This document shows, piece after piece, positions 14,128-26,559 of a stretch of DNA of 64,000 nucleotides. The DNA is from Nageia nagi (Eukaryota; Plantae; Pinophyta). Made by a program: the position numbers and the translations under genes. Under the pieces are notes generated by a model, which did not search any database, was not told where the DNA came from, and worked only from the letters and a program-made list of their open reading frames with translations. The stretch spans positions 137,206,001 to 137,270,000 of the forward strand of contig JBITNC010000001.1 in NCBI GenBank assembly GCA_050084985.1, written 5' to 3'. Each line of letters begins with the position of its first letter. The stretch's first letter is position 1.

Positions 14128-15805
14128 CACTATATAGTCACAGGTCCTATATGAGCATCCTCCTACTTGATGTGCCTGAACTATGGATGAACTGGACACT
14201 CTAATAGTGCAGCATCAGTTGTAGGGTGGCAAAACTTAGACAGTCCAAGACAAAATCAACACCTACTTATTAGAGCTCCAAATGCCAAGGGCGTAGAAGT
14301 TAAAATGACCTATTTTTGATAAGATTTTGATTTTATAAGTTAACTTTGGGGCTTCAAATAAGGACATCACCTCTCTTTTATATACAACTCCTAAATCTTT
14401 ATGTGGAGGGCTCATTTGCCTTGCAAGAATTTTAAATCCCTCTTGTCCTTTTTGGATACTAAAAATTACCATTTACACAGCACCAGTGGCATCCATTTCT
14501 TTGAGTTGTATGTTCTATTGATGAATTTTGTATCTAATTTACACTCAAAATTTATTCGAATGACACCTGCATGTCTTAGGTAAAGCTCACTTCATTTGTA
14601 TTTTTCATTAAAATTATACTAAAAATAGGGCATCGACTGTGTGCTAATTTGCTATTTAGGTGAGTTTCCAATGTTCCCTTTTCATTTTCATCAATTGTTA
14701 GTTTTTTGTATAATAATGGATACTTGTTTATGATATCCAATTAAAGAAATCAAATTATGAATACTTGATTTTAGCTATTCGATAGGGTAAAATTCTATCT
14801 TCCAGAAGGTTGCTCCTAAGCAACCGCAGGCCTATGATATTTGCAAAATTTGTTGACATATGAAGCCATCACTTAATTGGATGACTTGATCCACTTATTT
14901 TGTGATGTTTTATCATACTATCATTAAGACATTGGTAGCATATCAATGTGTGAGTTACTCAAACAATTAAATTCCCTCCTGTACTTATCCTTAATTGCAC
15001 CTTTCTAGCATGAGTATCAATACTAAATTATGCTTCCATAATTAGGTATGGGTATTTTATTTTTTTCTTTCTTGTTTGACATTATTAAGCATGTTAATTT
15101 TGTATTTGGAAAGGTTGATAATTGTTAATAGGAATTGATACATGCCAAGTGAATAGATCAACATTTATTAGATGGCCTACAGTTAGTTTGGAGAAATATG
15201 CAAACCAAAGGGACATTATCTCCCCTTCTAGACTTATTCACACTCTTTAGGAAATTAGTTGTGTGTCAAAGACATGTCCATATTTTCCTCCTTGCTAAGG
15301 CATCTATTCTAACCAAGTTTTCACTTTGGTCACTATTTTTGTGGTAGGTTCTTACTTCTTACCTATCTGGCTTACCTCTGAACTTTAGCTGCAAATCACT
15401 ATTCTCCATTTTTGGTGGTAGCATGTTATACCGATCCAACAACATACACATTGCCTTCTAAAAATTATGCACCCTAATTTGATAATTAAATGTTGCCAAT
15501 GACACACATTGACCTATTTTAGGGCACCAATGGTGTATGTCCTTTATGTAAAATTAAACAAACTCAAGCTCCTAGACCATTACAGGTTTAACTGTCAAGT
15601 TTTTTTTAGGAGTTTCCTCCTATGCTTCCATTATTTATCCAAGAATAATTACTTTATAGCATAGTATTAGGAGAACACTAATAAAATACTTAGCCATGGT
15701 CCTCCATGAGTTAACATTTTGGCATATTTTATAGAATATTTTATCATCCTAGCTCAGCATATTTTAATAAATTATATTTATTTCATCCTTACTTTGCATG
15801 CCTAA

Positions 15806-16350
15806 TGTCTTCAGATCATGGACACAAAATGAATGATCACTAATGGCAATCAACATGGTTAGTGAGATTTCACTCACTTAAAAGTAAACTGGTGATACAA
15901 CTATTAGAAATTTGTTAACATTGGATCATCTCCAATGAATGATGCATTTTGCTATGTATCCACATGGTTTTTGCTTTGAACCCATCTAAATCATATTGTC
16001 TTTAGATCATGGACATAAAATGCATGATCATCGATGGCCACTAAAATGGCTAGTGAGAGGTCACTTACTTAAAAGTAAACTGGTGATACAACCATTAGCA
16101 ATTTATTGACATTGGATCATCTCTAATCAGTGATACATTTTACTATTTATCCACATGGTTTTTGCTTTGAACCAATCCAAAGCATAATATCTTTGGATCA
16201 TAGATATACAAATGTATGTTCATCGATTGCCAATGATATGACTAGTGAGAGTTCACTCACTTAAAATATAAATAGATGATGCATTCATAAGCAAGTTGTT
16301 AACATTGATTCATTTTCAATGGATGACATAACTCACTATGCATCCACCAT
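15806..16350 (+). repeat. Tandem repeat, ~3 x 191 bp, in the 3' UTR of element B
   Basis: Units start ~15806, 15997 and 16188; homologous to 54471-55012 (-). Confidence 0.9.
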
Positions 16351-16875
16351 ATTTTATGACTAGCATTCCATTACAGGTACATAGATCTAGAAGAACAAAA
16401 GAAAATTCTAATCAAAACCAAGGTGTTAGTGCAATACTCACTATCTTTTAGGCTACTAGTGGCATATATTTTATTACCATTTCCTCTCATCCAAACCATC
16501 ACCTCTCTATTTTGAGGCATGGATGTAAGTGCATCAGCTTCTTGAGTATTTGATACAATAGAATGACTAGATTCATGATTGAAATAGTATAAAAGAGGCA
16601 CATCATATCTTCCATATCTAGCCTTAGATATGAATTTCTATAGTCATCTAAATAGTATTCATGAAGACAGCTTCTTCAATAGCTTTTTCCTTGGCCACTC
16701 TACTTACGGATCTTTCCTAGGGCACCCAATTCAAAAGGGGGTAACATAAGGACCCTCATTATCATTCAATCAACATTAGCAAAATGATCAAAAAAATTTC
16801 TTCTATATCTTGGCTACACTTTTTCTTTGGATATTTAATTTCATTGCTTTAATCACACATCCAAAGAGGGTAAAA

Positions 16876-17550
16876 TGTAGATGCCTCAAAATAAACCTTT
16901 ATGTATTTAATAAATCATTTTTATCCCTTAACAATGTATCATTTAAAAGGGATTAAAAATGTATAAGAAAGGTGTAGGCCATGTATTTGATGCTTATGGC
17001 ATGTACAAGGGGTCAAATCCTATAATATAAGCATCCCTATATAAAGGCATTTAAGACATACAAGGACGAATGAGGGGATTATCATCAAGAGGATACTAGA
17101 TAAGGGGTAGATTACAAAAGAACCAAGGCTTCTATAAACTGAATATTGGATAGAGAATAAGGACTCAAGCATCATATTCAAAGAAAAGCATTGTAAGGAC
17201 TTCATATATATAATAAGCAAATCTCTTATCTCAAGCATTATCACACTTTTGTCATATTGATAAATCATTCATTCTTTTATAATTTTATCTTTCATTGCAT
17301 CTTTAATTTTATCCTTAACATGATGTCGATGGTATACTATTACTAGGGTGTCGATGTTGTGCTTATGTATGTGATATTGCTCATTTTTGATGTATGAATT
17401 TCCTAAATCAATTGAATATGCATGTTAAAGAAATGAACCTATATAGTTAATCATCTATTTTCATATTCCTACTTTATAAATAAATAGACCAAATAGTGCA
17501 TGTGTTAATTCCCTTAATTAATTATACAATTGAATTATTTAAGGTCTACA
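16876..17550 (+). repeat. 3' LTR of element B
   Basis: TGTAGA...TCTACA, followed by TSD CATCC. Confidence 0.92.
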
Positions 17551-19586
17551 CATCCAAGCCCATAGTTCCCTTTACTATCGCTCAATGGCCTCACCTGGTA
17601 CCCCTTCCTCTACTATCATTGATAATGATAACCTCTCTTGGTGCTCTATCCATGGGCCTCCTATCAACCTTTCCCCACACCTCCTAACATGCCAAACCAT
17701 GCTCCCCCTCACTTCACCCTAAACCCCTCCCACATGCTCTCCTATAATCCCCCTCCTACATACCTCCCCCACACTCCTCTCAACCCACTCCCTCTACCTC
17801 CCACTTCCACTCCTAGAACCCTACCCAACCCCTTCACTCCCCTCCCCTCACATGCACTTTGCATGACCTGTTCCACTACCACACCACTTAGCATAACTAA
17901 TACAACCCCCTATGCCTACATGTGTGTTAAGAAAAATTCCTACCATCCCTCCCCCTCTCACTCTTGCAGCTAACCACTCATATTAACAATTATACGACCA
18001 TTATTTTATGTCAACAATTTTTTATGAATATTTTTTAGATAAATTCTCTTGCAGGTTTTTAGGTGATGCAAGGTGTGAGAAATTATTTTTCCTTTTTAGT
18101 GAAAATGTTTCTATCTTTTTCAAAATGGGATAAAATTTATCCGTAAATTGATAAGGTTTCCTTTTATAGTACATTAATTGCACTAGTTTATGAAAGAGAC
18201 TTATCAACATAGGGATGGTCATTTTTTCAAAGTTTATTTTGTAAACTTATAATATAATTTCAAAAAAATGGGGAGATATTTTTGAAGGTATTTTTTAAAA
18301 AAAATAGGTAGCTATATATTTGATTTTTTTTAAAAAAAAAGGAGGAGAAGGACATATTGGTTGAATTTTTTTAACAACCTTTATTTGGGAAGGTATTTAA
18401 AATTAGGAGTTTTTTTTTAATGGAATTTATTTTTTATAAAAGGGTTAATTTTTTTTAAAAGAGGGAGGATAATAGTTAAAATGGAGGAAATTCCTTATGA
18501 ATTATTTTTTAAAAAGTTATTTAATATTTTTTTAGGGGTAAATGTTTTTGAGTATTTTTTTACTCAAAATTTAAATGGGGAATTTAAGTAATATTTTTTT
18601 TTCTCAAAAATTAAAGGGGGAGACCTTGAAATAAAGTATTAATTTATAAGCTATTTTTTAGATAGTATTATTATAAAAAGGGGAATTCAAAGTGCTTTTA
18701 AGCAAGGTTTTTTTAAGGGGGATAAAATTAAAAAGGGGGGATCTTTATTTTGTTATTTAAAAATAACAAACTCATGCATCCTTTTGTAAATATATCATCT
18801 TGGAGTTGTGATAAAACCTATTGGACACTCTTAAATCTCTTTTTTTTTGGATGATGTATCATGTCATCTCTTAGGGTTCAAGTTTAGATGATGTATCATT
18901 TTAGGCACTTTATTTTATGCACTTTTTTTTTATATTTTAAAAAATCATAATTATTGAAAGTGCACCCCCTAAAATGAACACATATGCATATTTTATTCTA
19001 CAACATGACTTCTTTGGGAAGCCATGAGATGAGGATAAGGTAAACTATATCCTTTTAGTCCATCGATCCAAGTGATAAAAAGTTCGTACTTCTTTATTTC
19101 ACCTAATTCTTTAATTGGTCTAGACATAACTCCATATAGATGGATAGGCATGTGTGTAGTGATACCACATGTTCACACTTCTATTCAAAGATTATCTTAA
19201 TAACCTAGGAGGAAAACATGAAACCTAATCAAGATAATAAGTTTGCTAATTCAACATACATCATAACCTTTGAAAATAGTCAATACTCCTCCTTGTGAGT
19301 GTATATTGCTAACTAAGGGGAACTAATTGAGGATTTGTAGGAATTGGGATCTAATATGTAGGCATCCAGTTGAAGGCCTCATTTCAAATAAGAAAACAAC
19401 CTCAACTCTACCCTCTATAGAATAATGTTACTTGGTTGTGAAAAAATGTTGTATGTATGGGATATATGATTTTATGATATTGAAAATTTTTTGCACATGT
19501 AAAATTGATAATTTAAATATGCCTTGTTGATTAGCTATGATTAATTCAACATGTATGGTTGATTAATTTGAACAAAACTCAACATG

Positions 19587-20916
19587 GTTTTTTTATTAAT
19601 GGGTAAATTTTATATTAATCAAAAATTAAATTTTATAAGGGACTTCATGAACCTTTACAAACATCATTTCATAGATAAAACTTAACTCTAACAGCTGCAT
19701 TTTTATCCTACTACTACTATTGTATGGCTACCTTAACTTATAATAAGCATAAAACAATTTTGAAAATAAAATACTATAAGTAAGAGAGACACCATTACTA
19801 CATATTCTATATCTTTTAATACCCTACCACCCCTTTAAAATTGGATGCATTAATACCACCTTTTTAACATGATATAGTTTATGAAGTAATCAATGTAGAT
19901 AAAAGAGTAATAAATAGCACCCCTATTTCTACTAGCTACACCATTTCTTTGTATTCAAACTTGTAGAAGTGGGTATAATTCCACTTAAGGAGGATCTCCT
20001 TTAGTCTTGAGTTCTTGCTCATCTCCTCATACTTCTCACTTATAGCTCCTTGTCTTAGTCTTTCCTCTTCCAGCATCTCCTTGTGTAATTTTGGGATTCT
20101 AGCTTTCTTGAACCCTATTGATGGTTCTGTATCTATAATATCTGGTATATCTAGTTATGAATCCTTGCTTATTTTTTCTTGAGGTTGATCTTTAGTGTGG
20201 TCTATGTAGCTTTCAATATTCTTCTTAGTATACCATTGCTCTACTAATTTAGGGGTTCTTAACTTTGATACCTCATATATCTTTCTAATATTAAATTGGC
20301 TGGGGGACTATGCTCTTCCAAGTCTAGCACTTGGAATCCTTGGAACTCTATTGCATTCTTCTCCATAGGATCATTATTAATGTTTTTACTTGATTGGGTA
20401 GCAATTCCTTTGAGTCTCTAATATTTTCTCATCTTCTTTAATGGATGGCTTCCCAAATTATTTGTTGACTATTATATATACTATATTGTTCAAGGATTCT
20501 TTACCTAGATCTACCATAATACTACATTCTCCTTGTGCACTCTTTTTGCTTCCCTTCACCAAGGAGGAGTTTTCTTCCTCATATGCATATAAGAGTGCAA
20601 TTTTGTGAATAGCCTCCATGGGATTCTCCTTGGCCTCACTGATCACGAGGCTAGGGAGAACTTCCTCCACTCTCAAGATCTTTAAGCCTCCTAAAATTTT
20701 TAAAAACCCCTCATTATCTTCTTAGGGTTTGGCTACACTCTTCCCTTCTAGTTCTAAATCTATGCCTAGTTCTACTCCAACTAATGCCTCCTCACTCAAA
20801 GGTGCATTCTCCAAAAAACTTTTCCTCTTTAGCTAACTACTTTGTCTTGGATCATCCTATTTTTTGGCTCTAGAGTTGGGCTAAAATTTATTCAAGGTAG
20901 CTCTAGAGTTGAGTAT
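19587..20916 (-). mobile_element. 5'-truncated LINE-like (target-primed) insertion with A-rich tail
   Basis: Flanked by 16-bp direct repeat aacaaaactcaacatg (19571-19586 and 20917-20932); minus-strand 3' end ...attaataaaaaaa; decayed coding frame on the minus strand. Confidence 0.7.
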
Positions 20917-21007
20917 AACAAAACTCAACATGTATGGTTGATTAATGGTTGGTTCTCAAATTTAACATGCTTACATTAGTTAACACTTTCACCTTCTTTT
21001 GTAGCAA

Positions 21008-21925
21008 ATGAAAGACTTTTCTCCACCCAAACACATTCTAGATGGCTCCAACTATGGTATTTTGGGAACCTAATATGTATATTGTAAATTGTAAATGAAA
21101 ACCAAGTTATTCCAAAAAATGATAAGGCACTTGAGGCTTACAACACAAAGAATGAGTTAGCAACATCTATGATCTTTTATGTAATTCTATATAAAATCCT
21201 TCTCATGATCTATTCTTCAAAGTTTATAAAGGAAGCTTGGGAAAGGCTAAAGAAAATCTATCTTGATAAGAAATTCTTTAGGAGATTCACCATTCACTAA
21301 AAATTGTGCAATCACATCAAAGGAAATTGAAAGTGTTGCAATATACTCAAATAAAATTATTGATCTTAAGACCTAACTTGTGGTCTATGGTTGCAATTGT
21401 ATCAATGATGAGTTTATAGTATTCATAATCCTTCAAATACTCTCTACTAAATTCAATCACTTTGTGACAATAATTAAGATGAAGCTTGATGATGAAGAAG
21501 AAGTGTTCTTAGAAAATCCTTCAAGGCTTCTCCTAAAACACAAGGAAACACTTAATAAAAAGTTATTGATATCCTCTCCTAAGCAGCATTTTATGGCACT
21601 AGGACTAATGAAGACTCACTTAAAAAATAAGTTTAATAAATAAAAGAAGTCTTCTTATTCTTTAGAAAAGGACTTCAAGAAAGGTGAAAACAAATAACAA
21701 AATGTCCATCATAAGTCTAGCAAATCCAAAGGTAAATTTGATGGCAATTATAATTTTTATGGCATATATGGTCATAGAGAATCATATTGCTATGAGAAAA
21801 AGAAATAACAACATGGAAAAGGATTTGAAAAAGAAAACAACTTCAAAAGCAAGAAGAAGAATAATAAATCTGCTTATGTTTGTGTTCTTTGTAGACACAA
21901 AAAATAATACTTTTTGAGTAGATGC
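21008..21925 (+). pseudogene. Copia gag pseudogene of element A, truncated at the start of the protease
   Basis: LDGSNYG, KEAWERLKKIY, ILQILSTKFNHFV, decayed knuckle NFYGIYGHRESYC, then F*VD. Confidence 0.8.
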
Positions 21926-22046
21926 ATTTTATTTCATTGACATACCTTAATTCATTATTTTATTCACTCCTAATATCTTATTATGCAAAATAAACTACTC
22001 AAATGTTCAAAATAGAGAAAAAATGACAAACCCAAAATAGAAGCAA

Positions 22047-23774
22047 AATCACTAGAGCTCTCTAAAGAGCTACTGCTAGATGAAGAATCTCCACCAAGAG
22101 TGGCAACACGACTACTTTCTCCACTCTCAAAAAGGGACTTAGTATGTTTCTTGACTTTTGGGTCTATATCTCTTGGCATAGGAATGCTTGGGGTAGGTGC
22201 ATTGATGGTATGCAACACATAGATGCCTTGCATTGAGCCATACTGATTGAATCCAAGATCTTTTGTGAAATCTTGTTCAATGGTTTGCTAAGTTTCTGGT
22301 GGCTTTGGTAAGATCTTATGAATTTCATCTTTAATTGCTTCTTTGTTTTTATCCCTCTCTTCTTTCATCAACTATTTAAAAATTCTCTTAATCTCCATAT
22401 TTAAATAGATATTTCGGTATCTCTCAATATAATCGAGGGAGTGGTGTTCATAGTGGGTGTGAAATCGTTGGCAAAATTAGTTAATTACACCAATTAGATC
22501 ATAATGAATCTTTAAAATATGACTCTCAAAACCATACCCTTTAATTTCATATTTAATCATCTCAACCTCTAGCCAATTATTGCAATAGTACCAAGAATAA
22601 CTAATAGGCATCTTGATGGGTGCCTCTTTCTTCTCTTTAGTAAAATTTTCATGAAAATAAAACATCTGACTTACAAATTCAAGAAATACCATTCTATCAC
22701 TAAGATAGCAAGGGAGTTTAAGCAAGGACACATTAGAACCAAAAATCATGATGTAATAATTATCAAAATCCTCCAAATAAAAATTTGTGAACCTATTCAA
22801 AAACTCAACCACTTCAATAGAAATTCTAGGGACTTGTTGAGCCCCTTTCAACTCCTTGATGATTGCATATTCCCATCATCGATCCTCATCTAGATATAGT
22901 TTCATTCCTCTACCTTATTAAATTTTGGATAAGCCATATAGATTGTTGCCTTTCAATTGTAAATGACCTTTTTGATGCCATGGGCATGGGGTAGATTTTT
23001 CCCTTTTAACAATAGGAATACCAAATAGGAAATATAGCAAAAACTCTTTATTTATTCACTTATTTCAATTGACTTATTATTTCATCCCTGATGACTTGGT
23101 TCCAACAGATACTCTCTCCTTTTTTCACCTTATAAATGAATCCAAATAAATCTTTCTCAAATTTGATATCCATGGACTTCCCCAAAATTCTACAAAGGAA
23201 ACTAATAGCTTTATTTTTGGTATCCTGAAAGAAACACCTTTGTGCTTTCATTATGGCCTAATGAGCCATACTATGATTTTTTGGTTTCAAGAAAGATCAA
23301 ATAAAATTGTTGGGTTTATGTTTGTTCTTATATTATTCATATTTCTTATCAGCATCCTCTTAAGTGAAGATAATACCTTGATTTTATCATCCCATCACTT
23401 TTTCAATGCCCTCTTTTGTTAGATCTACAATAACCTTCCTTCTATATCTATAATGATTCTTTTTTTGAAATCAATATACCCAACCACTTCCATCACTAAC
23501 TTAGGGAAATTCAGTAAGAAGAGTATAACTATAGTTGTAAAAATTTTGAAGAATGGATTATATCTTTGTATTTAACTTCTTCAGGGATTACATCGTCTTC
23601 TCTCAACATGAACATGGGTCAATATGATTCCATTTAAGATCTCTTATATTCTTAAGTATATCATAATAATGGGCCCTTTATTTTGTTTGACCATCCTTAT
23701 TTATTTCTACAAAGCCACCCTCATCCTTCTTTGCCTTACTCATCTTGAAAAATGATAAAAATTTGCTTAACCAT
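22047..23774 (-). pseudogene. 5' part of the LTR-borne unknown-function ORF (second copy)
   Basis: ORFs 22477-22851 and 23060-23251 are homologous to the 38150-39300 frame. Confidence 0.75.
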
Positions 23775-23875
23775 CATTTCAAGATAATATGGAAATTATA
23801 ATTTTATCAAAAAAATTATTTTCTCAAAAATATTTATTTTTTCTTTAGTTGCATCCAATTAATGAGCTAATTCAG

Positions 23876-24335
23876 TGTGACAAAGTAAAAAATTTAGTCA
23901 CTTCAAGTTGAAGTAAAATATAATGCGACTACTAAATACCTTAGTCGCCTTAGGTAAAAGCTAAAAATGTTGCAACAAAGTTTTAGGACTTAGTCACTTC
24001 AACTTGATTACCAAAAGAATACGATAACTGAAAGATCTTAGTTGCTTTGATGTCAATTTCATCTTCCATACAATAATATATTTTTATTTGGTTGCTTCCA
24101 TCTTGAAGTTTAAGTTAGTGCAATAAAGGCATAGTGACTTAGTCACTTCTTGTAAGAAACCAACATAATGTGATAAAGGGATTTTACTTTAATCACTCCC
24201 AATTGAAGTGCAAAATAATACAATAAAGGAAAAGGATAGTCATATTTTTGTAGAGATTAAAAATAATATGACAAGGAAAATATTCCTTAGTCACCTCAAC
24301 TTAATCAATGATATCAATGTGATAAGGAAAATATA
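23876..24335. repeat. ~49-bp-period array of inverted motif pairs TGCGAYWA-N11-13-TTAGTCGC
   Basis: Left motifs at 23876, 23924, 23971, 24020, 24069, 24119, 24169, 24219, 24267 and 24318; variants are mostly explained by CpG decay. Confidence 0.8.
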
Positions 24336-26559
24336 CTCAATTAGGCTAAGTCTTTTACAAACTTGGCTAAGTGTTTCTTTAGTTAGTGGGAGGGCAAAAG
24401 GAAATTGCTAGTGATTAGGCAACATCAATCACTTTGTCTTGGTATTCAAACCACTCTAATAACTCACAAGTAGTATTCACCCTCACCTAAGCAACAAGCT
24501 CACTACAATAGAAGGAACTCTATAGTCACTCTGACTTGGTATTCAACTCACTACGATCGCTAAAAACTTAGTTGCTTCACCTAAACTCTCAACTCATAGT
24601 GAAAAAGGAAATTTATAGTCAATTCATATACAAATGAATTAGTTGGAACCATATTTATAGGCAAATCAAGTGGAATGGGACATATGTTGATGATCAAAGT
24701 AGTATAGCCCTATAGCTAATAGTGGGAAGCAAATCAGTGATTAGCTTTGTTCAGTGCAAGTAGGACCTAAATTCAAAGCAACTTGGTTGTGGTTTAGTCA
24801 CTTTGAGTATCTTTCCAAGTGGATACAACCATGTACAAATACTTTAGTAGTAATAAGATATACTTCTATGTAGATATGACTAAAAGAAACATCTTAGTCA
24901 TGCTAATTTGGGATGAAAGAGGATGCGATAATAGAAAATGTCGTTAGTCATGCCCAAGTAGGTGATAAACTTGGTATGACTAAATAAAATATAAATATAG
25001 TCAAATTTAATCATTTTTAGCTCTAATTTTGGAAATGAAGACCTTTTTAGCTTCAAGGATTGTGGTAAAAACCAACTTCCACTTCTCAGTATCTAGAATG
25101 AACACTTGACTTTGAAAATTGGATTTCAATGTTCATCATTCAATGGTTGAGTAGGACCAAGTTCCACTCATGTCGAGGGTATATGCTTGCGATCAAAATT
25201 ACAAGGATGGTATTCAACAATTTCATATATATTGACTTCCATGTTAATGTGCAAAATATGCACTTGCCTCTAAGATGAAGGATACTACCCAAAGATTCAA
25301 ACTCTTTTTATGATAAAAAATTGTGATCTTGACAACTGCTTATTTTTGAATTTTGGATTATTTATTTTTTATGTTTTTTTTGTTAATTAATAAAAATAAT
25401 AAATTTTTCCTATATACCTAACTTGAGGAAAATGGTGAAAAAATTATTGATTAAAAATTGGATGGTAACATTGGCTCTATTTGGGGATGTCTTGTCTTGG
25501 TAAGGTAGAAGATCCTAACATCTTCTATTACCATTACCACATATTTTAAACAAAGAAACAATGACATGATGATTATGATCAAAAAAAGAAAATATTTATT
25601 TTTTGGAAATGAAAACTCTTTCCTAGTATTTTTTGATCATTCTCTTGGATAGCTTAGAAGTTTTTAATGAGATGTTGGAAACTTAGAAAAATATCCCATA
25701 ATGCATCAACTCAAAAAACTTATCAGGAATATCCTTCATTGCAATCTTCCTAATCCTCTTACAAATAATTAATCAAATAATACTTGAAAATAAGTATAAA
25801 GTATGAGTTAATTGAATAATCTTTTTGAGAACACTATTTTAAAAATAATCTCTAAAGATCATGATAACAAAATATGACATCATAATTGCTAATATTGAAC
25901 TCAAAATATAACTTTTTGTATCAATCCAATGTTTCTTCCCTGGTACTCCAACCTTGTGTATGGTTTACTCATAGACATCCTTTGTACCTATTCATATTGG
26001 GCATTACCTCTACCACCAACATGCATTTATAGCCTTGATAGGGATACCTTTGACTTCAAAGAATAGCTCACACTCCCAACAAGCATCTATAACCTTGATG
26101 AATTTTCTCTAAGTGTTGAGAATCTATCTATATATTATATATATAAGAATTTTAAAGATTAGCAACTTATAAGAGACCTTAAGATCTTTTATGTTCGAAA
26201 AGAAAATAAGCTAAATTCTAAGAAAGCCATCTCGTAAAAACCTCTTTGGTTTTGAGATAAATTCTTAGAGAATTCCTGGTGTTAAAAACATGGAAGGAAA
26301 AATAAATCATAATAAATATTAACTTGATCAAATCATAATCATCAAAATATATACAAAAAATTTTATGGGATTTTTTAACATTTGCATTTTCTACTTTTTT
26401 TTTTAGAACACTTCATACACATAGTATGTATAAGAAATGTTTGGACTAATAATCTAGTCTGATTTTTTTAGGAGGACATATTTAATCTTTTGTTCATTTA
26501 TGCTTCATGAAAAAACATTCTTTAATGAATGATATTATAAGGAATTGGTAATATGTATG

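Larger units (their letters stand above)
8362..17550 (+). mobile_element. Non-autonomous Tat/Ogre-related LTR element B (gag + antisense PMD, no pol)
   Basis: LTRs 8362-9019 and 16876-17550 (TGTAGA...TCTACA); TSD CATCC on both sides; PBS tggtgaacccaac at 9023; PPT ccaaagagggtaaaa. Confidence 0.92.
22047..25470 (-). repeat. 3' LTR remnant of element D
   Basis: Colinear with ~37738-41145. Confidence 0.8.

Noticed and set aside
15806-16350. Hammerhead ribozyme / retrozyme array
   Set aside because: No CTGATGA...GAAA core with suitable stems found on either strand.
17638-17973. Proline-rich 111-aa ORF (extensin-like)
   Set aside because: By-product of C-rich low-complexity DNA in a TE leader; non-ATG start and no signal peptide.
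23876-24335. CRISPR-like repeat/spacer appearance
   Set aside because: Conserved parts are only 8-9 bp half-sites, there are no cas genes, and the context is a eukaryotic LTR.
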